Assembly: GCA_051599415.1 (NCBI GenBank)
Contig: AP039693.1
Span: forward strand, 62,001 to 126,000
Length of the DNA: 64,000 nt
Direction of reading: 5' to 3'
Source of the DNA: Savitreella phatthalungensis
Taxonomy: Eukaryota
In this document: in pieces, positions 45,097 to 56,030 of the stretch
Position numbering within the stretch: the first letter of the stretch is position 1
Layout of the letters: the number at the start of each line of letters is the position of its first letter
Made by a program: the position numbers and the translations under genes
Notes under the pieces: model-generated
Databases searched by the model: none
Told to the model about the DNA's origin: nothing
What the model saw: only the letters and a program-made list of their open reading frames with translations

Positions 45097-46001
45097 GCCA
45101 AGGAATGAAAACTGAATTATATGCCATATGAAAGCCGAATGTTGTCAAATCCGTATATTGCATAAATTCCTGTGGTCGTGGCGATAGAATGAAAGACTAC
45201 TCAAGTTAGAGATCTTGAGAGCATCGTCCAGAACTCATTGCATGACTAGAATGTCTCGATCTTGGATGCATAACCTGTCTAGAGGCTTAAGCTTGGCTCT
45301 AGCTTTGTAAGGGACGGCGGCCGATGAATGGTGGCTTGTTTGGGAGCTTAGCGGTGCGGGGAGGTTTCAGAACTGGAGCGGGGGTTTGATTAGCTCCACT
45401 TTCTCGAGACCTGTTCAACACAAAATGGAGCTGAGATGACCCTGGCCAGCTACAGATTTCAGAAGCACATGTAAATGGTGAACTCATTTGGCCGTTGACA
45501 ATTATCGCTCCAACTTCCAAGCAGATTGGCATTTCGTCTACCGGATAGATCTTCTCGATAGAATGACTCTCAGCACCAACCATAACTAAATTTCCGAACG
45601 GCTTTGGATCTGATCTGAGGAAATCGAAGGAGTAGATCTAATTGCAATTGTAATCAGAATGCGCCTAGGCTATTCTGATCAGCCATGAACGCGGGTAGAC
45701 AGCCTCTGAAACGGAGCTTAAAAACCGCAAATTAATTTGCAAGCCAGATTCAACTGGATTTAGATTGATCACTCACAATCACACTCTCGAATTGCGACTT
45801 CCAGATTCAGCTCAGGACGATTCTTCAATTCGAAGTTGACCTCTTGTGCACCCGAATTGACTGAAGTGAATTCATTGAGTTGAAGTGGAGAAGATCGGGC
45901 CATCCTTTGGGCAAGCACGTACAGTACGTACCTTCATCGATCTATTCATAGACGCAATTCATGGCGTTGCTTTTACCCTTTTCTCTAGTCCAGTCCAGTC
46001 A

Positions 46002-46029
46002 ACTGCACTGCACTGCACTGCACTGCACT
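46002..46029. repeat. (ACTGC)5+ pentanucleotide microsatellite preceded by AGTCC units
   Basis: ctagtccagtccagtcaactgcactgcactgcactgcactgcact, about 200 nt upstream of the decarboxylase ATG. Confidence 0.85.
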
Positions 46030-46225
46030 CAACCTCCTGTACATAATGTACACACATATATGGAAGAACAAACTTGACTGAAAGACAAGAAAAAGACCTG
46101 TGGTGCTAACATCATCATTCAAAGGCCACTCGAGACATTCCTTTAATCAATACTCTCCTTCGACGACTCTATCTCTTTAACAATATTCTGCATACATCTT
46201 CAATCCTCGAACATACGCTGCTAGC

Positions 46226-48103
46226 ATGAACTCTGCAAGTGTGTCCTCGAGGGCGCAGGCAGAAGAATTGCGCGACCTCCTTACAGCATTCGAAGCACAG
46301 TTCTTACCATGGATCGCAAAAGCAGACAGGGCCGACTCCCGCGTGCTCGATCATCAGACTCCACTCGATCTCCAGTACCTGCTCGATCTCTCCCTGCCGG
46401 AGGAATCTTGCGGCAAGGACGGCCTCCTCGCAATCTTGAACAAGACGCTCAGGTATAGCGCAAACACGTGGCATGCGGGTTTCATGGATAAGCTCTTCGC
46501 CTCAACCAATCCAGTCGGCGTCCTCAGTGAACTCCTCCTTGCCGTCCTCAACACCAACGGTCATGTCTATCACGTTTCACCCGTTCTCACCATCATGGAA
46601 AAACAAACGTCCCGTGCCATGGCTGGTCTGTTCGGCTTCCGTGGAGAGAATGCAGGAGGATTGACCCTACCCGGTGGCTCACAATCCAATACGCTCTCCA
46701 TCGTCACAGCTCGCTCAATCCTCTATCCAGACACAAAGGAAAATGGCAATGGATCCCACAACTTTTGCATGTTTACTTCCCGCCACGGCCACTACTCAGT
46801 TGAGAAGGCGGCGATCCAGCTCGGACTTGGCCGAGCATCGGTCATTGCCGTCGACATTGACGATCAAGGCCGCATCTTACCAGAAGCCTTGCGTGCTGCG
46901 GTTGTCAATGCGCGTGCAGATGGCAAGACCCCCCTCTATGTCAATGCCACTGCAGGCACCACTGTGCTTGGCAGCTTTGACCCCTTTACAGCAATCAGCG
47001 CTATCTGTAAGGAATTTGGCATGTGGCTGCATATCGACGGATCATGGGGAGGTTCAGTCGCTTTCTCTGACACGTATAAGCATCTCATGGAGGGATCTGA
47101 GCTTGCGGACAGTATTACGGTCAACCCGCACAAGATGCTCGGTGTACCATTACAATGCTCCTTCTTGCTTGCGCCCGACGCACGAATCTTCCAGCAGGCA
47201 AACAGTCTCAAAGCCGGCTACCTTTTCCACGGCGACGATGGCGGCTTCGACATGGGCGACAGCACGATGGGATGTGGGAGGCGACCGGACGCCGTCAAGA
47301 TGTTCCTCGGCTGGAATTACTACGGTCGAATAGGCTACGAGCGCCGCATCGACACCGCGTACGCCAATGCGAAATACCTTGCAGAGCAGATTGCAGCACA
47401 TCCAAATTTCTCACTCGTCAGCAGCAATCCACCACCGTGTCTGCAGATCTGCTTCTACTACCATCCTGCGCTCGCAGGCCAAGGTGTCAAGAGGAACGAT
47501 GCCGAGACCAATACACGTACGACGCGTGCCGTAGCAGCGATGCTCGATCACGACGGTCGATTCATGGTAGACTATGCGCCTGGACCACATGGCGAATTCT
47601 TCCGAGCTGTCATGAACTCCCCGAATCAGAACTCATCGGTGCTTGACGAGCTTGTCAGCACGATTTCGCGTCTTGGCGAGGAGGCTGCTCGGCTAGAACT
47701 CCAGCAGTCTCCTGTGAACGGCACAGCATCATTACGTACTATTCAGACGCACTCTGCAATCAGCACAGGCTCCCCGGCCACGAAGCATTCTGACTCGTCC
47801 TCTTACGACTCGAACAGAGGTGCGTCTCTGGTCATGGCGACTCCTGTCATTCCGCAGCAGAACGCCGGCGTCTATGACCCGGAGCTTGCCGCTGGTGCTA
47901 ATACTGACATGGCCCACAAGGCTGGTTCAACAAATGATGACCACTCCTTGGCTTTGCCTCGCTCACCCCTCGGCCGTCAGGACACCAATGGATCTAGTCC
48001 ATCTTCCTCCCGAGTCTCGTCACCGATCGGTGAGATTGCTTTCCAGAGAAAATCATGGCAATCGTTGCACGATGCAGCGAAGAGGCTCCAGCTCAACCAG
48101 TAG
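46226..48103 (+). CDS. Group II PLP-dependent decarboxylase (glutamate / cysteine-sulfinate / aspartate decarboxylase-like)
   Basis: FMDKLF, PGGS.SN, HYSVEKAA, TAGTTVLGSFDP, WLHIDGSWGG, PLP-lysine NPHK and GRRPD; long S-rich C-terminal tail. Confidence 0.9.
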   Translation: MNSASVSSRAQAEELRDLLTAFEAQFLPWIAKADRADSRVLDHQTPLDLQYLLDLSLPEESCGKDGLLAILNKTLRYSANTWHAGFMDKLFASTNPVGVLSELLLAVLNTNGHVYHVSPVLTIMEKQTSRAMAGLFGFRGENAGGLTLPGGSQSNTLSIVTARSILYPDTKENGNGSHNFCMFTSRHGHYSVEKAAIQLGLGRASVIAVDIDDQGRILPEALRAAVVNARADGKTPLYVNATAGTTVLGSFDPFTAISAICKEFGMWLHIDGSWGGSVAFSDTYKHLMEGSELADSITVNPHKMLGVPLQCSFLLAPDARIFQQANSLKAGYLFHGDDGGFDMGDSTMGCGRRPDAVKMFLGWNYYGRIGYERRIDTAYANAKYLAEQIAAHPNFSLVSSNPPPCLQICFYYHPALAGQGVKRNDAETNTRTTRAVAAMLDHDGRFMVDYAPGPHGEFFRAVMNSPNQNSSVLDELVSTISRLGEEAARLELQQSPVNGTASLRTIQTHSAISTGSPATKHSDSSSYDSNRGASLVMATPVIPQQNAGVYDPELAAGANTDMAHKAGSTNDDHSLALPRSPLGRQDTNGSSPSSSRVSSPIGEIAFQRKSWQSLHDAAKRLQLNQ

Positions 48104-49072
48104 CCTGAAAAGCACCGTCCGAGTGCTTGATACGTATGATCGCATGAATCTCCCTCCAATGTCATTGCATCCTCCTGCCGAACATGTCCCCGGCTGCTAT
48201 GTGAATAAATAGCTTGTAACCACTCACCACAATCTGCCCTTGCAGACGGCTTGACAAAAGACTCGAACTTGTCAACATCCTCAGGAGTGTTGCGCTCCAC
48301 GATTCCAAGCGACACTGTCTCAAAAGACGTTTCCGTCTGTGACACGCTTAGTGCTTTCCTGAGACAATCAGGTCACGCGAGGCACCGCAAGCTCACACGC
48401 GACAAACGCGTAACCTCTACATCACCTCCTGAAGGGGGCTGGCACAACATTCTTAGGTGTTAGGAGGACAGTGCAGGAAGACAGGAGACAAAAGTCTGGG
48501 TGTCACAATTACTGACCGCATCCTGACTCATTCTATATCACCGCCACTGAAGTATCATCTTCATAAAGTGCAGCATGGACCAGCCGGTTGACAGACCTAC
48601 TTCGGCACGCTCAGCGGCTCTTTCCACTGTTCGCGATTGGCCACTCAGCTCAACGGCGATGCGAATACAAGCGTCACGACCGCCGGCTGTCTCACAGATC
48701 CAGTCTGCACGTCGTGCGAGTGGCGGATCGATCTCTGACAGCCGCTTATACGTCCCACCCGATGTGACAAAGTATCGTCCCGGCAGCACGAAACCAGCGA
48801 AGCTCTCAGCAAGCTCTTTGCCAACTGTAGGTGAACACTCTGAGCTCTCCAATTCTGACAACACGCGTGGGTTGATGACCACTTTGCGGCAGCAACGTCC
48901 TGGCAGTGGTTTGCGCAGATCCACCTGGCACGCTGACTCGCTGAAGCAATCTTATCAGCCACTCTAAGGCCATCACAATCCACGACAGTACCAGCGCCAG
49001 CAGCAATACCAGCAGCTACGTCAAGGCAAAGTTTCGCCGCAGACACGCTCACAAGCTCTGACGGACAGCATC

Positions 49073-51433
49073 ATGCTCGGTCAAACCGCGTCACGTCCTC
49101 CACCGCCGCCTATCCGGCGTAAGCCAGTGCCAGTTCTGGGAGAAATCACTGAAGACGACGACGGCATCAGTGTGCATACTGTCAAAGTGAGTGATGATAA
49201 GCCGCCGACTCAGTCAGCCTATCACGCTATCGACCCAAACGCGTCAGAGTTCGTGCGCACTCACAGCATGCGCGATAGACTCAATCGCTTCTTCAACGGT
49301 AGGTCGAGTACGCGTCACTCAAACGTCAATGACGGAGAAGTATCTGGTGCTCATGTTGGTCGAGTGCGCTCTAGCAGCTTTGGCAGCCGGCTGATCAAGC
49401 GTTCAAATTCTGAGCCGGACACACACGCCGATGTCGAGCTCGATTCCGGTGATCTTGCCATCCTCGTGTCACAGATGGATCTGTCTGCTGATCAACGGGT
49501 CACGGGTCTGCTCGCGCGACAGACGACATCTGATGAGACGATCAAACCGTCGAAAACCACTCAGCAGCAGGACTCGCAAGTCACGACAACAGCAAATTCG
49601 AGCTCAGAGCTAGATCGTCAGGTGGCTAAACAGCCACGGGGCATGCGCAGGCCAGACCAGCTTCCGCGTGAGCAACCAAGACCTTCCTCAACTCAGCATG
49701 AAGCGGTAGTCAAGCAGCAAGCGCATCAAGATCACGACTTTGATGGTATTGACGCAGACCATGACGAGTTACCTGACAGCCCGGCGAGTATGTATCCGCT
49801 GGCGTCAGAAGCCTCGTCATCTGCCTTGCTCGGCAATAATACTCGCGGCAGCAGCATCGTCAACCACAACGGCAGTGGACCTATAGCGCAGCGTAACAAG
49901 ACGGACACCCCTACGATAGGTCAGACACTCTGGCCGATCAAGGAGAAGATCACCATCCGCGCTAACGTTCATGGGGGCCTTGACATCTACAGTGCAGACA
50001 ATCAACTTCTTTATATCGCCCGCTATCAGCCTGTGGTACCCGGCCAGGGCGAAAAAGGCGCAAAGCCGCAGATCGCCATGTTCCCAGTGGATCGCAGCAA
50101 GACCCCAGCATTCATTGTCGATAGGTCGATCGGGGATGCAACCGAGCATCTGTACGGTCCTCGGCACAAGCACCTTTCCCAGATGGTGCTCCTGCGCGGT
50201 GTGGCTCCGCTGTCCTTCGAATGCCGCAGGGCAAGCTCTCTCCGACCAGTGCCTTGTTTCGACGTTATTCCCGCACGGATCGCCGCTATACAAGAGGAGC
50301 AGCGACTTCTGCAGCATGCCCAAGCTGCAGCGGCACAATCTCGTGCTTCTTTGCCGCCACCAGGTCGGCCGCGCCAACAGGCAGCCTTCTCGCAGCGTCA
50401 AGATGCCTCGCTGTTTGCTATGCCGAAAGGCGACACGCCACAAGCGTCAGAAGCAGGTTCAGTCGTCTTCTCGCACGCCTGTGTGGCTAGCAGCATCGCT
50501 GCAGCCGGCCTCGCAACCGCGCAGCCGGACCCACCATCTGAGTACCATTACCAACACCGTCGGCCGGCTCTCAGCAGAGCAGATCCTTCTCTTTACAGCG
50601 CTACCGGTGGTGCGCTGACTCTGTCCGGTCAAGCCGGCACAGGCTCTCCTGCAGACTCACGGACGACATTGAATGGCCAAGCACCATCACCACACAAAAG
50701 CACGGCTGAAGTGGCGTACGCGCGAGCAAACCTCCAATCCCATGAATTCACTCGCGGCTCGCCGGGCGGTGTACAGCATGCCAGACTATCTCACATACCT
50801 ACCCGTGCAGATGAGACTGCACGGCTGCGAGCCGCTCGCCTATCTGCGCTGTTCGAGGACGTCCAGTACGCTGGCGAAGCTGAGGATATCGCAACCGACC
50901 GCCAGCGCGCCGCACAAAGCAAAGTCCAAGCCTTGATCGACACGCCACCTGCAGCCGCTCCCCACACCTTTTCACGCACCTCTCGCGCAGTCGGCACCGC
51001 CGGCTCTCGCTCCGGCACCTGGACGACAACAACAAATGACACAGGTGTACCACTGGACCGACTTCGTCTCGCGTGGAAGCGGACGTCGGACGCTGGCCTG
51101 GGCGGTACGAAGCTCGTCGACCTGGACGATGGCGAGGTTCTGGCATACTTCATTCCGCGTGCTGCAGCCTCACGACGTCGTCCGTCCCCTCTCAACACCC
51201 GCTCGTCGACTACCTGCCACTCGACGCCTTCACCCGCAGCAAAGCACGATGCTCACCTGCGCGGGCTGTGGAAGGCAGCTGCGCAGGTGGAGAGGAACGA
51301 TGCGCTCGAGACAGAGGGGCTTGTTCGTGGCAAGGTGATTGCAGAGATCAAGCTTCAAGGCACCGGATTGAGAATGGCTAAACTTATCACCGCAGCAGCC
51401 ATCGCCACGCGACTTTCCCCAGACCTCTCGTAA
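49073..51433 (+). CDS. Hypothetical, largely disordered protein (may extend upstream to 48575)
   Basis: 786-aa ORF; PPIRRKPV motif; short globular-looking segments near the middle and the C-terminus. Confidence 0.7.
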   Translation: MLGQTASRPPPPPIRRKPVPVLGEITEDDDGISVHTVKVSDDKPPTQSAYHAIDPNASEFVRTHSMRDRLNRFFNGRSSTRHSNVNDGEVSGAHVGRVRSSSFGSRLIKRSNSEPDTHADVELDSGDLAILVSQMDLSADQRVTGLLARQTTSDETIKPSKTTQQQDSQVTTTANSSSELDRQVAKQPRGMRRPDQLPREQPRPSSTQHEAVVKQQAHQDHDFDGIDADHDELPDSPASMYPLASEASSSALLGNNTRGSSIVNHNGSGPIAQRNKTDTPTIGQTLWPIKEKITIRANVHGGLDIYSADNQLLYIARYQPVVPGQGEKGAKPQIAMFPVDRSKTPAFIVDRSIGDATEHLYGPRHKHLSQMVLLRGVAPLSFECRRASSLRPVPCFDVIPARIAAIQEEQRLLQHAQAAAAQSRASLPPPGRPRQQAAFSQRQDASLFAMPKGDTPQASEAGSVVFSHACVASSIAAAGLATAQPDPPSEYHYQHRRPALSRADPSLYSATGGALTLSGQAGTGSPADSRTTLNGQAPSPHKSTAEVAYARANLQSHEFTRGSPGGVQHARLSHIPTRADETARLRAARLSALFEDVQYAGEAEDIATDRQRAAQSKVQALIDTPPAAAPHTFSRTSRAVGTAGSRSGTWTTTTNDTGVPLDRLRLAWKRTSDAGLGGTKLVDLDDGEVLAYFIPRAAASRRRPSPLNTRSSTTCHSTPSPAAKHDAHLRGLWKAAAQVERNDALETEGLVRGKVIAEIKLQGTGLRMAKLITAAAIATRLSPDLS

Positions 51434-51546
51434 CACGCCTTCCATCTTCGAGATTCCTTCAATTCAAAGGTCATCATCGCGCATCGCCCATTAAGATACG
51501 TGTATTGCTTACGTGTGATCTGTAATAATTAGGTGTCGTGCTGTGA

Positions 51547-52719
51547 CTACCGGTGTGTACCTAGATTCCGCTCTTCCGCGCTCAATGGGCGACTTGACTT
51601 CTCGTCGCTTGAGGTGACGGCGGCGTCAGTGGATTTGCCCGTGTCCGTGTCGTCCCGGTCGACTAGCTGATAGGCTTGTCCTGAGGTGGCACCGGTGCTG
51701 GCCGTGGGGGTCGCGGGTTTGTTGTCCGGGAGGCCGTAGAGGTAGGTGGCTGCTAGGACAAGTGCTGCGCCGATGAGGAAGTTTCTGGTGAGTTTGAAAG
51801 CGAAGAGGTGTACGCTGACGAGTGCTGAGATGACAATCGAGATGGAGGTTGCAAAGTTCTTGAGCAAGTTGTCTGCGTAAGCGACACACATCGCAACCAC
51901 CAGTCCCCCAACAGCCTGGCACACCACCACCGCCCACACCACACCGTTGTAGCCGTCGAAGAAACCGTGCTCCATGATCGCACCGCCATCCTTGATCAAG
52001 CAGCCAAACACGCCGGCCAATGGGATCGACCACAGGGAGAGTTGCATATTTAACGCCCAGAACGACTGCTTCGATCCCTTGAGTACTTTCTCGAAGTACA
52101 CGCCAGCGAGACCGGACAGCACACAGGCGACCACGACGGCCACCAGACCAGTCACCTGATTCATCTCGCCTGCGTGGGAGGATGCGGGAGCTGGGGTGGA
52201 TGTGCCGGACGGGATCTGGACGAGAGCGATACCAGCTGTAAGGATGAGGATTGCTAACCACTTGAGGCCTGAGAGTTGTCTGTGGAGAAGGGTGACTGAG
52301 AAGATGGCGGTCGTGATGATTTTGAATTGGTAGGTGACCTGGAAGGTGGCAGCGTCTAGGTTCGACACTGCAAGGTATTGCAAATTGTTCTGGATCGTGT
52401 AGAGGCCCGCTGGGATGGCGAGCTTGAGGGTGGTGTTGTCCGTGCTGAAAGCTCGTCGGAAGGCGCCTATTGCCGACCAATTCTCTCCCATGCTCTTCTT
52501 ACCTTCCACAAACACTACCACCAAGCCGGAGATTGCCAGTTTCAGGCACTCGTTCATCAGGACGGCGGTGGATGATAGATACCGCCGACCTCCAGGCGCA
52601 TCCATCACGCGCGAGTAGTGCATCAGCAAGATGAGTGACGCATTCTGAACAGTCAGCGTGACCAGCGAGAGGTATTTGATGGGAACACCGTATAGTCGCG
52701 CATCTCCTAACGCGCTCAT
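51547..52719 (-). CDS. gms1: Golgi nucleotide-sugar transporter, UDP-galactose transporter (SLC35A2 / S. pombe Gms1)-like
   Basis: KYLSLVTLTVQN, PAGLYTIQNNLQYLAVSNLDAATFQVTYQFKI, LAGVYFEKVLK and YADNLLKNFATS. Confidence 0.88.
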   Translation of the reverse strand: MSALGDARLYGVPIKYLSLVTLTVQNASLILLMHYSRVMDAPGGRRYLSSTAVLMNECLKLAISGLVVVFVEGKKSMGENWSAIGAFRRAFSTDNTTLKLAIPAGLYTIQNNLQYLAVSNLDAATFQVTYQFKIITTAIFSVTLLHRQLSGLKWLAILILTAGIALVQIPSGTSTPAPASSHAGEMNQVTGLVAVVVACVLSGLAGVYFEKVLKGSKQSFWALNMQLSLWSIPLAGVFGCLIKDGGAIMEHGFFDGYNGVVWAVVVCQAVGGLVVAMCVAYADNLLKNFATSISIVISALVSVHLFAFKLTRNFLIGAALVLAATYLYGLPDNKPATPTASTGATSGQAYQLVDRDDTDTGKSTDAAVTSSDEKSSRPLSAEERNLGTHR

Positions 52720-53491
52720 CGCCTAGCACGGATCTTTCTATTGTCGACTGTGGTTAGGGCAAGAGTGAAGGACGAAGGTAAAGAAAGTCGTGACGAGTAT
52801 CTTGAATGATTCTGTATCGACGAGGATGTGTTCAAACGCGAGAGGTTTCTCGATCTGTCAAGTGAAGCGAAAGGTGATGATCTCGCTCATTCACGAAAAG
52901 GTCGCGAAGGGGATAGAGAAGAAGGCAGGATGAGCTCGGCGATGAGCGTGGGTCGGGTCTGGAACAGTATGGTACCAGACTAGACTGCAAGGTAGAGCTT
53001 GAATCCTTTGAACACTGTTCTTAGCTGTCTATGATTCTACAGTTCGGTTGATCTGGGTTTGTCTTGTGCATGTGCTTTTTCTTTGGTACCTTCGATCATG
53101 TGTGTACGTGCATCAATAATTTTATTGATTCATTGCAAGGCAGACAGAAGAGAACGGAATTCGATTACAGTAATTTGATCTGAGCTATGTTATAAATTTA
53201 TAGTATAACTGAGGAGCAAATACACCACCTGAAATTGCTCATACCGAACGTGATCTTGATAGTCATCATGCAAGTACGGGAGAAACAATATGGGTCCACT
53301 GATCCATACCTCCTTCCCTCCTTGCTCCTTCAGGAAAAACTCTATTCTACAGAGATGACAGTCGTACTCTTGAATGCGCTTCAGTGTGTGATATTCTATC
53401 CTAGATAGACAAGCGATAGAAACAGAGAGAAGTTTCTGTACATAATATGTTTACTAGAGCGTGTCATAAGAAAGTCTGATACAGATGCTTC

Positions 53492-53752
53492 CTACTTTGT
53501 GTTGTTCAGGTCAATCTGGCGTGCTTCCTCGTGAGTGCCATGTGTCTTGATCTGTTCACGTGCAGCGTCCTTCTCCTGCTTAGCTTCCTCGTGAAGCTTC
53601 TCGTTTCCTGTAAGTTTCCCCCAGGACTCCTTCAAGGATGCCTTTGCGTGCTCTAGACGTGCGCCCTGCAAGTTGGAATCTGTGGTGACACCGAACGCGT
53701 TGTCGCCCTTGCCCTTTGGATCGTCGACGTTTGGTGCAGGAGCTGAAGACAT
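53492..53752 (-). CDS. Small CsbD-like hydrophilic stress protein
   Basis: 86 aa; ASLKESWGKLTGNEKLHEEA matches the CsbD pattern G.hKE..GKhTG...L..EG. Confidence 0.65.
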   Translation of the reverse strand: MSSAPAPNVDDPKGKGDNAFGVTTDSNLQGARLEHAKASLKESWGKLTGNEKLHEEAKQEKDAAREQIKTHGTHEEARQIDLNNTK

Positions 53753-53892
53753 ATTTTGAGGGGTACAGAGAGTGTCAGGTGGTTGATGTACGGGTGTAAT
53801 GACTTGCTCTTTACTCTTGTACTCTGCTAGACAGACAGTGACACGTACAGATGGATGAGCGGCGGCGGCTACGGCATCTGTGGCTATGCAAT

Positions 53893-53901
53893 TGACGTCA
53901 T
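53893..53901. promoter_or_regulatory. CRE / ATF-CREB site (TGACGTCA; ATGACGT on the minus strand)
   Basis: Perfect palindromic CRE about 140 nt upstream of the CsbD-like ATG. Confidence 0.45.
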
Positions 53902-54028
53902 CTTTGAGCTGTTTTCAGCCATACTTCTTGATTTAGCTATTGATCATTAATCTTGCGGTGGATTCACGTCTAGAAAGTTTCTCGGGAAGAACTTTGAGCG
54001 AGGAGCACGTGTAGACGTTATTTGAATT

Positions 54029-54083
54029 ACAGCACAGTACAGCACAGCACAGTACAGTACAGCACAGTAGAATACAGTATAGT
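54029..54083. repeat. (ACAGY)n pentanucleotide repeat
   Basis: 8 consecutive ACAGC/ACAGT units plus 3 further partly degenerate units, in the divergent promoter between the CsbD-like and PAF-AH genes. Confidence 0.85.
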
Positions 54084-54527
54084 GTGTACAGTACAAGTAC
54101 ACAGAGCCCACAAAGGGATGCACAAATTTGCAGTGCTGTATCAAGAATGATTGCGCTTGATCTAGGCGAGAGCTCACTCAGTTCTCTGCTAAGAACTTCA
54201 TTATGGCTTCCAGTTCCACTATACAATGTGAAATTATCTAAATGCACTTGGGGGAAGACTGGTCAAAGCTAGTGACGTACTCGTGTAACCCGTGCTCATA
54301 CCCGTGATTCTACCCTGACCTATACCCGGTAACATCAACCGAGGTATACATCAAATCTCATCATCAGTGAGCACAGGCACAACATGTCGTGTGACCATCA
54401 GCGCTTGTAGAATAACTAGCATTAACGCTGATCCCAAACCCTCCAGTCACTCACAGCTGCAGCTCTTACCCACTTGATCGCCGCACTGCAAGAGGAGTTT
54501 TGTCTATCTACCATAATCCAACCCTCT

Positions 54528-55796
54528 ATGCGCTTGTCACCACTATCTCCCTCCCTCCCAAAATACCCTGGTCCTTATGCTGTCGGTACCTTCGAGCTAG
54601 AGCTTCCCTTGCCAGAGCATCTGCAGAAGACTTTTGGCGACGCCTCAGTCAAGACACTCCTTGTAAGATTATTCTACCCTACACACCCCACAGCCACTGG
54701 ACCACATCCCCGCTGGGTCGGCAAGGGTGACTACACCCTCCGCGGCTACGCTCGCTTTCTAGGCGTCAGTCCACGTATCGTCACTGGGTTATCATACCTC
54801 GGTCTCCGGTTCACGGAACTTCCAGCCATCTCCTATGCCCCACTCGCAGATCTGCCGTCCCCAAATGATCCTCACACCCACAACAAATGGCCATGCATGA
54901 TCTTCTCCCATGGTCTCGGAGGCACGCGCAATGCATACTCTCAGATCTGTGGCTCTTTGGCAAGTGGTGGCGCTGTCGTCTGTGCTGTTGAGCACCGCGA
55001 CAACTCTGCTGCAGTCTCTGTCGTTAATGGCACTGACGTGGTCGAGTATATCTCGATCAAGGAGACCACGCCTGAGACAATCGCCAAGCGGAGAAATCAG
55101 CTAGCACAGCGCGCATACGAGTCCTGTCTCGCCGTCGAGGTTCTCCGCGGCTTGAATGACGCAGAGTCAAAGGGAGTGTTCAGGCGTACCGACCTCGACA
55201 CTTTACCTGGATCAGACGCACCGTCCCCAGAAGAACTCGCAGCCAAATTCATCAACACCTTAGACTGCGGACCAGGACGCTTTATCTTTGCAGGACACTC
55301 TTTCGGCGCAGCGACCGCCATTCATTGCTGCAAGACCACCGAGTCCTTACTGCCAGAGTCATCGACCCCTCTGAAAGACGAGTTTCGTGCGGCTGTCCTG
55401 CTGGATCCGTGGATGCAGGTGGTTGAGGACTCTAAATCGACCCCGTTGGACGTGCCTGCGGTTGCTGTAGCGAGTGAGCCTTTCCAGAAATGGTCATCGA
55501 ACTGGGACGATGTCGTTCACGTACTCAGTCCTACCAAAACAACCAAGAATCGACTCTTCTGGCTACGCAACTCCGCACACCTCTCCCAATCAGACTTCCA
55601 GCTCCTGTTCCCCACAGCCACGCGGTTTGCATTCAAGGCCACCATCGACCCGCACCTCGCCATGACACTCAACATCCGCATTGCCAGAGAATGGCTCCGC
55701 TCGACAATCAACGTCGGCGACGAGCCTCCAGACACAGAAATTTTCAATCACACAGCCACAGGCACCCATCTCGTAGAACATCCACTCACCTCATAA
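54528..55796 (+). CDS. Platelet-activating-factor acetylhydrolase-like phospholipase (alpha/beta hydrolase)
   Basis: LP.YPGPY.VG, RLFYP, FSHGLGG.RNAYS, EHRD.SA, nucleophile GHSFG, LDPW and H.SQSDF. First ATG at 54528. Confidence 0.88.
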   Translation: MRLSPLSPSLPKYPGPYAVGTFELELPLPEHLQKTFGDASVKTLLVRLFYPTHPTATGPHPRWVGKGDYTLRGYARFLGVSPRIVTGLSYLGLRFTELPAISYAPLADLPSPNDPHTHNKWPCMIFSHGLGGTRNAYSQICGSLASGGAVVCAVEHRDNSAAVSVVNGTDVVEYISIKETTPETIAKRRNQLAQRAYESCLAVEVLRGLNDAESKGVFRRTDLDTLPGSDAPSPEELAAKFINTLDCGPGRFIFAGHSFGAATAIHCCKTTESLLPESSTPLKDEFRAAVLLDPWMQVVEDSKSTPLDVPAVAVASEPFQKWSSNWDDVVHVLSPTKTTKNRLFWLRNSAHLSQSDFQLLFPTATRFAFKATIDPHLAMTLNIRIAREWLRSTINVGDEPPDTEIFNHTATGTHLVEHPLTS

Positions 55797-56030
55797 TGCA
55801 TGCACGCATACACGACCAGATCATCAATTCTTCACATATTCATTTGCCAGGTTCATCATCATTTGTGTTGTTGTTGTGTGTGTGTGGGTTTCCGGAGACA
55901 GATTTCCCAAAGTCACTGCTCCGGATGCTACTGTACAGCTAAGAAGAAATGGGAGATTCTTTTCCCATCGAGGAAAGAATAAGAGCTGAATATGTGTGTG
56001 TATGGTACAAAAGCGGTGGTTTCTCCTGCT

